In this document: positions 21,573 to 32,900 of the stretch, one piece after another
Numbering within the stretch: the stretch's first letter is position 1
Layout: every line of letters begins with the position of its first letter
NCBI GenBank assembly: GCA_002269645.1
Contig: NIVC01002968.1
Span: 1 to 35,822, forward strand
Reading direction: 5' to 3'
Length of the DNA stretch: 35,822 bases
DNA from: Macrostomum lignano
Lineage: Eukaryota
Program-made: the position numbers and the translations under genes
The notes under the pieces: model-generated
Seen by the model: the letters and a program-made list of their open reading frames with translations, nothing else
Told to the model about the DNA's origin: nothing
Database searches by the model: none

Positions 21573-22021
21573 GCTAAAGCCTACCAGCTAGGGTGTTAGA
21601 CAGAGATGTTACAGGGTGAGCTAAAGCCTACCAGCTAAGGTGTTAGACAGGGATGTTACAGGGTGAGCTAAAGCCTACCAGCTAGGGTGTTAGACAGAGA
21701 TGTTACAGGGTGAGCTAAAGCCTACCAGCTAGGGTGTTAGACAGTGATGTTACAGGGTGAGCTAAAGCCTACCAGCTAGGGTGCTAGACAGGGATGTTAC
21801 AGGGTGAGCTAAAGCCTACCAGCTAGGGTGTTAGACAGGGATGTTACAGGGTGAGCTAAAGCCTACCAGCTAGGGTGTTAGACAGTGATGTTACAGGGTG
21901 AGCTAAAGCCTACCAGCTAGGGTGTTAGACAGGGATGTTACAGGGTGAGCTAAAGCCTACCAGCTAGGGTGTTAGACAGGGATGTTACAGGGTGAGCTAA
22001 AGCACCTGTAAGGGTGTTAGA
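21573..22021. repeat. 47-bp minisatellite (GCTAAAGCCTACCAGCTAGGGTGTTAGACAGGGATGTTACAGGGTGA)n, about 9.5 copies
   Basis: Period 47 (21573 to 21620); near-identical units, no spacers. Confidence 0.96.
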
Positions 22022-22294
22022 TAAGTCAGGCAATGCTATTAACCCACAGGATCCCCGAGTATAACAATGCAAGCAGGACAGCGGCACATCTGGATTTGTA
22101 AACGACGCGAAACAGAAAAATTCTGTAGATGGTTAAATAAAATGTATTTATTAAAAATGAAAAAAAAACTTTTCACTAAACACACAGGTGCATTTAAAAC
22201 AAATTTATTAACGAATGAAGTAGTAATTAATTAATTAATTTTTAGCTGTTCAGCGACAATGACGACAAAAATCAGTCTTCGTATCAGGTTTGAG

Positions 22295-22711
22295 CACAGA
22301 TAGATGGGCCACTCTAATTAACTTTCTACTTTCAGTTCAGTAGCAAAGAAGAATACATAAGCTATTTTATAAAAATAAAGGCAGCTGAAGGCAGCTGAAA
22401 TGACTTTGATAAGTTTAGAAGCCCAAGCTTGCAGGCGTAAACAACTTGCTAATTGGTTCAGCAATAATGTACATTAGACAGTCCACTGAAATGTACATGC
22501 CAGCTTTAGGCTGGAATTCCGAGAAAGGCAATAAAAATTGGGCGGGTGGGGGGAGGGGGTAGTGTGGAAAGGCGCAGTTGGAGGGTTTAAGTTAGGGAGG
22601 GGGTTAAGAGTTAAGAGCTAATATAATGCTTCTGTTTAACATACTACTGAACTAAAAGTAGTTTACACGCAAATGTGCTGAGTGGCCCATCTAGTTAATC
22701 TAGTATCTGTG
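22295..22711. mobile_element. Candidate non-autonomous CAC..GTG-ended DNA element (CMC/CACTA-like), 417 bp
   Basis: Left end CACAGATAGATGGGCCACTC; right end GAGTGGCCCATCTA(+10 nt)TATCTGTG; GAG flanks both ends (3-bp TSD candidate). Confidence 0.45.
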
Positions 22712-23391
22712 GAGCTAACCAATAACTGAATGAAAAAAAGTAAAAAAAAACAACAGCCAACAAAACCAACGTTTACAATACTAACAAAACACGTTAGAGC
22801 CTACTTAGTTAGTAGACGCCGCATTCCACAGACAATTAAAACTGACAGCGCAGTAAATTGATAAAATAATAATTAGATAATAAAAGCAGCTGCTGACGGG
22901 TAACACCTGTGCCTTTGTAAATGCTGACTAACAAACCTTTGATTATTATGTCGATAAAAACTATAAAAAACTGGATATACTACTAGTGCTGGCAGTAGAG
23001 AGCCAATTAATACGCATTTGTCGTGGTCTTTATGCTGTGAATTTTAACTGCAATTTAATGTCGAGCAGAGCTATAGGTTAACTATAATACATAAACATTA
23101 TTCTAGCATTAAGTTCAGTAAAATTGAAACACCTATTAACACAACCTTGCTAAAACATTAATAAGATAGTTGAGCACAGTGAGTCCAAATTGTGACGACG
23201 TGAAACAGTAAAGTTAAATGGGCTAGCTAGTGTAATTAATAGTTAAAAAAACAAACATTTAAACAACAAAGAACAAAAAGGTATTTGGAATACAGCTGCT
23301 CTTACAACAATGAATAATATTGCCTTGTGCCGCTGACTTCACCAGCTGGTGTGTGGGACACTTCTTGCTTGGTTTAATGAGTTCGAATTAA

Positions 23392-24000
23392 TGAGGCCTG
23401 ATCTGAGGGGAGATTTGTGTCACCTGAGTTCTGAGGCCTGATCTGAGGGGAGATTTGTGTCACCTGAGTTCTGAGGCCTGATCTGAGGGGAGATGTGTGT
23501 CACCTGAGTTCTGAGGCCTGATCTGAGGGGAGATGTGTGTCACCTGAGTTCTGAGGCCTGATCTGAGGGGAGATGTGTGTCACCTGAGTTCTGAGGCCTG
23601 ATCTGAGGGGAGATGTGTGTCACCGGAGTTCTGAGGCCTGATCTGAGGGGAGATGTGTGTCACCTGAGTTCTGAGGCCTGATCTGAGGGGAGATGTGTGT
23701 CACCTGAGTTCTGAGGCCTGATCTGAGGGGAGATGTGTGTCACCGGAGTTCTGAGGCCTGATCTGAGGGGAGATGTGTGTCACCTGAGTTCTGAGGCCTG
23801 ATCTGAGGGGAGATGTGTGTCACCTGAGTTCTGAGGCCTGATCTGAGGGGAGATGTGTGTCACCGGAGTTCTGAGGCCTGATCTGAGGGGAGATGTGTGT
23901 CACCTGAGTTCTGAGGCCTGATCTGAGGGGAGATGTGTGTCACCTGAGTTCTGAGGCCTGATCTGAGGGGAGATGTGTGTCACCTGAGTTCTGAGGCCTG
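23392..24000. repeat. 40-bp minisatellite (ATCTGAGGGGAGATGTGTGTCACCTGAGTTCTGAGGCCTG)n, about 15 copies
   Basis: Exact 40-nt period; the CACCGGAG variant recurs every 120 nt (23621, 23741, 23861). Confidence 0.97.
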
Positions 24001-24097
24001 AACCCTGATCGTTGCCTGCACTTTCCCACTGATTATGTATAATACCACTCGCACATGTCAGCACGGGCAGCAGCTGGTGCCACCAAATCACCAGAGC

Positions 24098-24550
24098 TCA
24101 AGCAGACGAGCTGACCTCGTCCACCGACTGCCGACTGTTGCTGTTGCTGTCGCCTGGCAGCGCTCGGCGCGACCGCTTCTCCGGCACGGCCTCCTCAGCC
24201 TCGTCCTCGTCGAAGTCCTGGTCGCCGACCTCCTCCTCGTCCTCTTCGTCTTCGTTATCCTCAACGCGACGCTTCCGACTGTTGTTGGCAGCGGCCTCGC
24301 TTTCGCCATCGCCATCCCCGTAGCCCTCGCCGGGCTCCTCTCCTTCATCCTCCTCAGCGTCGCTCTCGCCCTCGTCCTCGTCATCGTCAGATTCGTTGGC
24401 GCGGCTGTTGTCCTCGCCGGCGGCGTCGCCCTCTTCGCCGTTGGCACCTTCGCCCTCGCAGGAATCGTCGGCAAGGTCGTTGGCGGGCTTCTTCAAGTTT
24501 AGGTCCCGGTCAACCGAAGCCTCCTGGTCGTTGCTGTTCTCAGTGGACAT
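24098..24550 (-). CDS. Small highly acidic disordered protein (150 aa; prothymosin/ANP32-tail-like) with basic NLS-like clusters
   Basis: 57 of 150 residues D/E; RKRR and KRSRR; high GC3; acceptor cccag| 5 nt upstream of the ATG, so it may be the last exon of a longer gene or a trans-spliced gene. Confidence 0.75.
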   Translation of the reverse strand: MSTENSNDQEASVDRDLNLKKPANDLADDSCEGEGANGEEGDAAGEDNSRANESDDDEDEGESDAEEDEGEEPGEGYGDGDGESEAAANNSRKRRVEDNEDEEDEEEVGDQDFDEDEAEEAVPEKRSRRALPGDSNSNSRQSVDEVSSSA

Positions 24551-24559
24551 TATGGCTGG

Positions 24560-25497
24560 GACTGGCTGCAAATCAAATTAGTGTCAGGACTGGTTGCAAA
24601 TCAAATTAGTGTCAGGACTGGCTGCAAATCAAATTAGTGTCAGGACTGGTTGCAAATCAAATTAGTGTCAGGACTGGCTGCAAATCAAATTAGTGTCAGG
24701 ACTGGTTGCAAATCAAATTAGTGTCAGGACTGGCTGCAAATCGAATTAGTGTCAGGACTGGTTGCAAATCAAATTAGTGTCAGGACTGGTTGCAAATCAA
24801 ATTAGTGTCAGGACTGGTTGCAAATCAAATTAGTGTCAGGACTGGCTGCAAATCGAATTAGTGTCAGGACTGGTTGCAAATCAAATTAGTGTCAGGACTG
24901 GTTGCAAATCAAATTAGTGTCAGGACTGGTTGCAAATCAAATCAGTGTCAGGACTGGCTGCAAATCAAATTAGTGTCAGGACTGGCTGCAAATCAAATTA
25001 GTGTCAGGACTGGTTGCAAATCAAATCAGTGTCAGGACTGGCTGCAAATCAAATTAGTGTCAGGACTGGTTGCAAATCAAATCAGTGTCAGGACTGGCTG
25101 CAAATCAAATTAGTGTCAGGACTGGTTGCAAATCAAATGAGTGTCAGGACTGGCTGCAAATCAAATTAGTGTCAGGACTGGTTGCAAATCAAATTAGTGT
25201 CAGGACTGGCTGCAAATTAAATTTGTGTCAAAACTGGCTGCAAATCAAATTAGTGTCAAGACTGGTTGCAAATCAAATTAGTGTCAGGACTGGCTGCAAA
25301 TCAAATTAGTGTCAGGACTGGCTGCAAATCAAATTAGTGTCAGGACTGGCTGCAAATCAAATTAGTGTCAGGACTGGCTGCAAATCAAATTAGTGTTAGG
25401 ACTGGCTGCAAATCAAATTAGTGTCAGGACTGGCTGCAAATCAAATTAGTGTCAGGACTGGTTGCAAATCAAATTAGTGTCAGGACTGGCTGCAAAT
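24560..25497. repeat. 28-bp minisatellite (GTGTCAGGACTGGYTGCAAATCAAATTA)n, about 33 copies, abutting the acidic ORF start
   Basis: Period 28 (24581 to 24609); begins 10 nt from the minus-strand ATG. Confidence 0.97.
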
Positions 25498-25754
25498 AAA
25501 AAATTAACATAGAATCCTAATTTTCTGAACGAAAAGCTTTTTAAATATCGATAGAGCAATAAAAAAGGCACAACATATCAAAAGATGAACACTGGATCTG
25601 CCTCCTATCAAACGCAATAACAATTTTTGTGCTGAAAAAATGAAAACTTCCTATCTCCGTAGTGTATTTTTTCGGGAAAAAGTGCCTTCAAAACTTTTCT
25701 AAGAAACGAGGTTTCCCGTCCTTCTACTTAAGTCGTCCTTGATTTTTTGCTTAT

Positions 25755-28700
25755 CCACCCGTGTTTGCTTAAAACTAACGAAAGCAGCACGATTTAAGTT
25801 TTTTGTTTACGGTATGACAGCATGCTGGTTGCTGTCTCAGCTTGCTGGTTAATCGAAAAATGATTGTTACAATATCAACAAAGCTAGTTAACTTTTTAGC
25901 GCCAATAAATGCATTCATGTTTTAGTAGCTTGTTGCAGGACTCTCTTTCTGCTGTGGGTTTCTTGTTAGTTAGTTTTAGACATGCATCATGACGGTAGGC
26001 CTAGGCCCTTGCAGCTTAAATTTAAATGCTTTCTACTCGCTGAAGGCACGTGCGTGCGTGCTGCTGGCCGGCAACTAGGAAACTAGGGTCTAAAATCCAT
26101 GTAGTTCTAAAACTGAGCTGGGGTGAAGGCTGTGTGGCTAAGCCTACACATGACATGCCTAAACTAGGCTTACTACTATAAGGCATTGAATTAGACCTAG
26201 GTTGTGCTGTACCTGTAGCTTAGTAGAGATTTTTTAATAAAATAATTGGTTCTAATTCTAAATTCTAATACTATGGTATTAAACGAACTAACAAGTCTGG
26301 TTTATTTAAGTGAAGTTAATTGTGTTGTTTAAAAGGTAATCTAGCCACTTGGTATAGGCCTACTCCTACTCCTAGGCCTAGGCCAGCCCCAGTGGGCCTA
26401 GCCAGGTAGAAGTTTAGTAGTAGGTAGGCGGTAGGCCTAGTAGTTGAGTGAGTTGAGTTGAGTAGAAAAAAGTAGGGCCTAAGCCTTTGCTTCCCATATA
26501 GTCATATGCAAAAAATATCAGTTTTTATTCTAGAGAGTAAGAGAGACTAAGAGTGAGTGCAATTCTAGGTTTAGACCTAATTAGAAAAAATAACCAGATA
26601 TTGCTATAAAGTAGGCTATAATGCTAATATTGTATTGGCCATTTAAAAAATATTTGACTTTGAAAAAGTTCTTGGCTATAAAGTAGTGTATATTTCATTG
26701 CTATATTATAATATTAAATAGGCCGGCTTCCAGACAGTCTGGCGACACAGCCGTGTCCCACTCATGAGGCCATTCTATCCTCGGAAAACATGGCCTTGCA
26801 GCCCAGCAATGAATGTAGTGGTGTAGCGCTGCATGTATTTCTAGCTTTATTTTACATTGTATTGAAAACATTTGTGCATATATGCACAAAAAAGTTCTTT
26901 CATTGAAACGGTTATACCCTTTTACATTTTACATATATATTGGCAATGCCAATGCCAATGGCTTAATTTAATTTAAGCAGTTCTATACACCTAAAAATAT
27001 GGGCCCTAAAATTTATGCTTTTTCTTCAGTTAGTGTTATGGTATATAAAAGGCGCATATATCCAAGACCTATCTATATAATATAATGGTATTTCTATATA
27101 TAAATAGTAATGTTAATTGCTAAATAAAAAATAGAGCTTGACTAGTAAACCATTTGCTAGTATATGACTGGGTTATTATTTTTTATTAACAGAGCCAGAT
27201 TTGTCTATATTGTTGATATATTTCTAGCCAAAGCATTATAGTATTAGTTGCCTATATTAGCTATTAGCTATGCCTTGCCTAGATATAGTATAGGGCCTTA
27301 ATTCTATCTAGCCTAGGATAGAACTCTATAGCTTTAAGGACTTAATTTTAATGTAGGCCTATTAAGTTTTTAATCCATTTTACACAAAATTGACTATTTG
27401 ATTTGATATCAAACCTATTTAATTTAAGCCCTAGGCCTAGCCAAAATAAATCATTGCTAAATAGAATTGAAATTTAAAATTAAATATACTAGGCCTAGCC
27501 TACCAAAATTTATATATACCAAGTTATATATAGTGCTAGGCCTAGGGCTAAAGAAAAGTTGAACCCTAATAATACTATTAATTATACTAATGAATTAGTG
27601 AGTAAACTTGAAGCCTGCCTACTAGGCCTAATATAAATAATTAAGCATACAAGCAAATATTAGAGATTTAGTATATTTGGTTTGGATTAATATATTCTAA
27701 TTAGGTCTATATTTGATTCAAAATAGCTAAGCCTACCTAAGCTTTAGCCTAGGCTAAAGATAAAAGCATGAATTTAGCCTTTTTATTGGATTAAAATATG
27801 TTTAGTTAGCATGCTTGGGTTGGGTGTAAACCCCTTTTTCATCTTTCTATATCCTATTTTCTTATTCTCTATCTTCTATCCTTATACTCTTTTCTACCCT
27901 TTTTACCCTCCCCTTACCTTTTGATCCTATCCTCTTCAACCTATCTCTATCCTTTTCTACTAGGTTCTACCCTTGTTTATAGCTTTACATTTATTTGTGG
28001 CTTCATTCTCTTAGCCCTAGCCCTAGCCCCAGCTTAGCCCTAGCTTGAGATCAAGCCCCAGCTCAAGCTCTAGCCACACCACAGCCCTAGCAGCCAGCTC
28101 TAGCTTAAGCTCAAGCACTAGCCCAGTCCCAGCCCTATCCCACTCTATCCCAGCCCCTAATCTAGCCCTAACCTTAGCCCTAGCCCTAGTTCCTCCCCTA
28201 GCCCTGGCCTTAGCCTTAGTGCTTGTTATCCCTGCCCCAGCTCTGGCCCTATCACTATCCTGCCCTAGCCCTAGCCCTTGCCCTAGCCCCAGCCCTAGCC
28301 CCAGCCCCAGCCCTAGCCCCAGCCTTTGCCCTTGCCCTAGCCTTAGCCCAAGCCCAAGCCCCAGCCTTAGCCCCAGCCCCAGCCTTTGCCCTAGCCTTAG
28401 CCCAAGCCCAAGCCCTAGCCCTTGCCCCTGCCCTAGCCCCTGCCCTAGCCCTAGCCCCAGCCCTTGCCCTAGCCTTAGCCCTAGCCCTAGCCTTAGCCCA
28501 AGCCCAAGCCCTAGCCCAAGCCCTAGCCTAAGCCCTTGCCCCTGCCCCTGCCCCTGCCCCTGCATTTGCCCTAGCCCCAGCCCCAGCCCCTGCCCTTGCC
28601 CTAGCCCTAGCCCCAGCCCCTGCCCTTGCCCTAGCCCTAGCCCCAGCCCCACCCCACCCAAGCCCTACCCCACCCCAGCGTCAGTCCTACCCCACCCCAT

Positions 28701-29548
28701 CGCCAGCCCTACCCCACCCTAGCGCCAGCCCTACCCCACTCCAGCCCCAGCCCTACCCCACCCCAGCCCTACCCCAGCCCTACCCCACCCCAGCCCTACC
28801 CCATCTCAGCGCCAGCCCTACCCCATCCCAGTCTTGGCCCTAGACCCCCAGAACTGGCCCTTTCACTATCCTAGCCCTAACCCAGCAGAATTCTACTTCT
28901 TTGACTCCTGCACCCCTGCACTCCCTACACCCCGTGCACTCCACATGTGCTGTTTGTATTTTTATGAATGCTTTTTTGTTGCTTTAATCATTAATTCCTC
29001 CCAGACAGTCCTTCTAGGCTATCTTTCCTAGGCAGCCCCCAGGCAAACCTTTCAAGGCAGCTTTCCCAGGCAAACCCTCCCAGACAGCCCCCTACCCTCC
29101 TCTACTCTTCTATCCTCTCCTTACTCTTCTCTACCCTTTATCCTCCTACTCTCCTCTACTATCCTACACACCTCTATCCTTCTCTACCCTCTACCCCTTC
29201 TCTACCCTCTTCTACCAGCTCCTCCCCTCCTCTGCAGCTATACCCTTGTCTATTGCCTTAACCTCCGTTACCAGCCTCACCCCCTACTCTCCTCTACCAG
29301 CTCCTACCCTTCTCTGCCCTTCTACCATTTCCTACCCTCCTACCTTCTACTCTCCCCTGCCCTGCTCTACCCTTCGACACTTTCCCTTCTCTCTTCTACC
29401 AGCTCCTACCCTCCTCTACCAACTCTTACCCTCCTAGCCTCCGCCATCAGCTCCTACCCTCCTATAACAGGAGGAATAACAGGATAATGAACCTAGATTA
29501 GATTCTATCTACTATACTAGGTTAGTAGCCTATCCTACCTACTAGGCT
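25755..29548 (+). repeat. Left arm (3794 bp) of a near-perfect inverted repeat
   Basis: Reverse complement of 29915-33709; mirrored ORF pairs in the track (28045-28722/30742-31419, 29246-29437/30026-30217, 26701-26889/32575-32763). Confidence 0.97.
28011..28830. repeat. Degenerate hexamer array (GCCCTA/GCCCCA/GCCTTA/GCCCAA) plus CCCCAGCCCTACCCCA-type repeats; G-rich on minus strand
   Basis: 6-nt periodicity; source of the spurious SPSP/ALAL/GLGL ORFs. Confidence 0.9.
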
Positions 29549-29914
29549 AGTAAATATAATACCTATCATTCTACCGTCTAGACTTATAGGTGCTAATCTA
29601 CTTTATAGTCTGTTAGGCTTCGCGGGTCAACCTGCCAGTCTTCTAGGTACTAATCCACTCTATCTACCTGACTAGTAGTTGCTAAACAACTCTGTACCCT
29701 ACAAGGCTAGTTAGTCCTAATATACCTATCTACGAGCTCGTACTAGGCAAGTTGTGCTAAACTGCCCTACCTTATATGCTAATAGTTGCTCAAATATTCC
29801 TTTTAGAAGCTTCTGAGTAGTTGAAGTCAGTTTGCTTAAGGTCTTTCACTCTCCCTTTTTCTCTTTGCTATTCTCCCCTAGCCTTGATATTCTTCTCCTT
29901 ACCCATCCTTACCC
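29549..29914. other. 366-bp unique spacer (loop) between the inverted arms
   Basis: Arm complementarity stops at ACTAGGCT (29548) and AGCCTAGT (29915); the spacer has the same TpA-rich composition. Confidence 0.92.
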
Positions 29915-32900
29915 AGCCTAGTAGGTAGGATAGGCTACTAACCTAGTATAGTAGATAGAATCTAATCTAGGTTCATTATCCTGTTATTCCTCCTGTTATA
30001 GGAGGGTAGGAGCTGATGGCGGAGGCTAGGAGGGTAAGAGTTGGTAGAGGAGGGTAGGAGCTGGTAGAAGAGAGAAGGGAAAGTGTCGAAGGGTAGAGCA
30101 GGGCAGGGGAGAGTAGAAGGTAGGAGGGTAGGAAATGGTAGAAGGGCAGAGAAGGGTAGGAGCTGGTAGAGGAGAGTAGGGGGTGAGGCTGGTAACGGAG
30201 GTTAAGGCAATAGACAAGGGTATAGCTGCAGAGGAGGGGAGGAGCTGGTAGAAGAGGGTAGAGAAGGGGTAGAGGGTAGAGAAGGATAGAGGTGTGTAGG
30301 ATAGTAGAGGAGAGTAGGAGGATAAAGGGTAGAGAAGAGTAAGGAGAGGATAGAAGAGTAGAGGAGGGTAGGGGGGCTGTCTGGGAGGGTTTGCCTGGGA
30401 AAGCTGCCTTGAAAGGTTTGCCTGGGGGCTGCCTAGGAAAGATAGCCTAGAAGGACTGTCTGGGAGGAATTAATGATTAAAGCAACAAAAAAGCATTCAT
30501 AAAAATACAAACAGCACATGTGGAGTGCACGGGGTGTAGGGAGTGCAGGGGTGCAGGAGTCAAAGAAGTAGAATTCTGCTGGGGTTAGGGCTAGGATAGT
30601 GAAAGGGCCAGTTCTGGGGTCTAGGGCCAAGACTGGGATGGGGTAGGGCTGGCGCTGAGATGGGGTAGGGCTGGGGTGGGGTAGGGCTGGGGTAGGGCTG
30701 GGGTGGGGTAGGGCTGGGGCTGGAGTGGGGTAGGGCTGGCGCTAGGGTGGGGTAGGGCTGGCGATGGGGTGGGGTAGGACTGACGCTGGGGTGGGGTAGG
30801 GCTTGGGTGGGGTGGGGCTGGGGCTAGGGCTAGGGCAAGGGCAGGGGCTGGGGCTAGGGCTAGGGCAAGGGCAGGGGCTGGGGCTGGGGCTAGGGCAAAT
30901 GCAGGGGCAGGGGCAGGGGCAGGGGCAAGGGCTTAGGCTAGGGCTTGGGCTAGGGCTTGGGCTTGGGCTAAGGCTAGGGCTAGGGCTAAGGCTAGGGCAA
31001 GGGCTGGGGCTAGGGCTAGGGCAGGGGCTAGGGCAGGGGCAAGGGCTAGGGCTTGGGCTTGGGCTAAGGCTAGGGCAAAGGCTGGGGCTGGGGCTAAGGC
31101 TGGGGCTTGGGCTTGGGCTAAGGCTAGGGCAAGGGCAAAGGCTGGGGCTAGGGCTGGGGCTGGGGCTAGGGCTGGGGCTAGGGCAAGGGCTAGGGCTAGG
31201 GCAGGATAGTGATAGGGCCAGAGCTGGGGCAGGGATAACAAGCACTAAGGCTAAGGCCAGGGCTAGGGGAGGAACTAGGGCTAGGGCTAAGGTTAGGGCT
31301 AGATTAGGGGCTGGGATAGAGTGGGATAGGGCTGGGACTGGGCTAGTGCTTGAGCTTAAGCTAGAGCTGGCTGCTAGGGCTGTGGTGTGGCTAGAGCTTG
31401 AGCTGGGGCTTGATCTCAAGCTAGGGCTAAGCTGGGGCTAGGGCTAGGGCTAAGAGAATGAAGCCACAAATAAATGTAAAGCTATAAACAAGGGTAGAAC
31501 CTAGTAGAAAAGGATAGAGATAGGTTGAAGAGGATAGGATCAAAAGGTAAGGGGAGGGTAAAAAGGGTAGAAAAGAGTATAAGGATAGAAGATAGAGAAT
31601 AAGAAAATAGGATATAGAAAGATGAAAAAGGGGTTTACACCCAACCCAAGCATGCTAACTAAACATATTTTAATCCAATAAAAAGGCTAAATTCATGCTT
31701 TTATCTTTAGCCTAGGCTAAAGCTTAGGTAGGCTTAGCTATTTTGAATCAAATATAGACCTAATTAGAATATATTAATCCAAACCAAATATACTAAATCT
31801 CTAATATTTGCTTGTATGCTTAATTATTTATATTAGGCCTAGTAGGCAGGCTTCAAGTTTACTCACTAATTCATTAGTATAATTAATAGTATTATTAGGG
31901 TTCAACTTTTCTTTAGCCCTAGGCCTAGCACTATATATAACTTGGTATATATAAATTTTGGTAGGCTAGGCCTAGTATATTTAATTTTAAATTTCAATTC
32001 TATTTAGCAATGATTTATTTTGGCTAGGCCTAGGGCTTAAATTAAATAGGTTTGATATCAAATCAAATAGTCAATTTTGTGTAAAATGGATTAAAAACTT
32101 AATAGGCCTACATTAAAATTAAGTCCTTAAAGCTATAGAGTTCTATCCTAGGCTAGATAGAATTAAGGCCCTATACTATATCTAGGCAAGGCATAGCTAA
32201 TAGCTAATATAGGCAACTAATACTATAATGCTTTGGCTAGAAATATATCAACAATATAGACAAATCTGGCTCTGTTAATAAAAAATAATAACCCAGTCAT
32301 ATACTAGCAAATGGTTTACTAGTCAAGCTCTATTTTTTATTTAGCAATTAACATTACTATTTATATATAGAAATACCATTATATTATATAGATAGGTCTT
32401 GGATATATGCGCCTTTTATATACCATAACACTAACTGAAGAAAAAGCATAAATTTTAGGGCCCATATTTTTAGGTGTATAGAACTGCTTAAATTAAATTA
32501 AGCCATTGGCATTGGCATTGCCAATATATATGTAAAATGTAAAAGGGTATAACCGTTTCAATGAAAGAACTTTTTTGTGCATATATGCACAAATGTTTTC
32601 AATACAATGTAAAATAAAGCTAGAAATACATGCAGCGCTACACCACTACATTCATTGCTGGGCTGCAAGGCCATGTTTTCCGAGGATAGAATGGCCTCAT
32701 GAGTGGGACACGGCTGTGTCGCCAGACTGTCTGGAAGCCGGCCTATTTAATATTATAATATAGCAATGAAATATACACTACTTTATAGCCAAGAACTTTT
32801 TCAAAGTCAAATATTTTTTTAATGGCCAATACAATATTAGCATTATAGCCTACTTTATAGCAATATCTGGTTATTTTTTCTAATTAGGTCTAAACCTAGA

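Noticed and set aside
26721-26833. Hammerhead or HDV-like ribozyme (GGCCGGC start, CTCATGA..GAAA)
   Set aside because: The core would be CUCAUGA rather than CUGAUGA, GAAA does not directly follow stem II, and no P1 partner for GGCCGGC was found.
29549-29914. Palindrome as a missed sequencing-adapter artefact
   Set aside because: The loop is 366 bp of genomic-like sequence with no adapter, and the arms differ by substitutions; an amplification chimera is still not excluded.
29549-30450. Relic coding sequence riddled with TAG stops (E/R/G-rich) in the spacer and inner arms
   Set aside because: In 30001-30180 TAG occurs in all three + frames (6, 2 and 5 times), so there is no frame preference; it supports C>T bias but not a former ORF.
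28023-31441. SP-, AL- and GL/GQ-repeat ORFs (extensin or silk-like) in the palindrome
   Set aside because: They are alternative readings of one degenerate hexamer array, with non-ATG or weak starts and no signal peptide.
28011-31453. Telomere-telomere fusion scar
   Set aside because: Polarity is C-rich then G-rich, opposite to a fusion, and canonical TTAGGG is rare.
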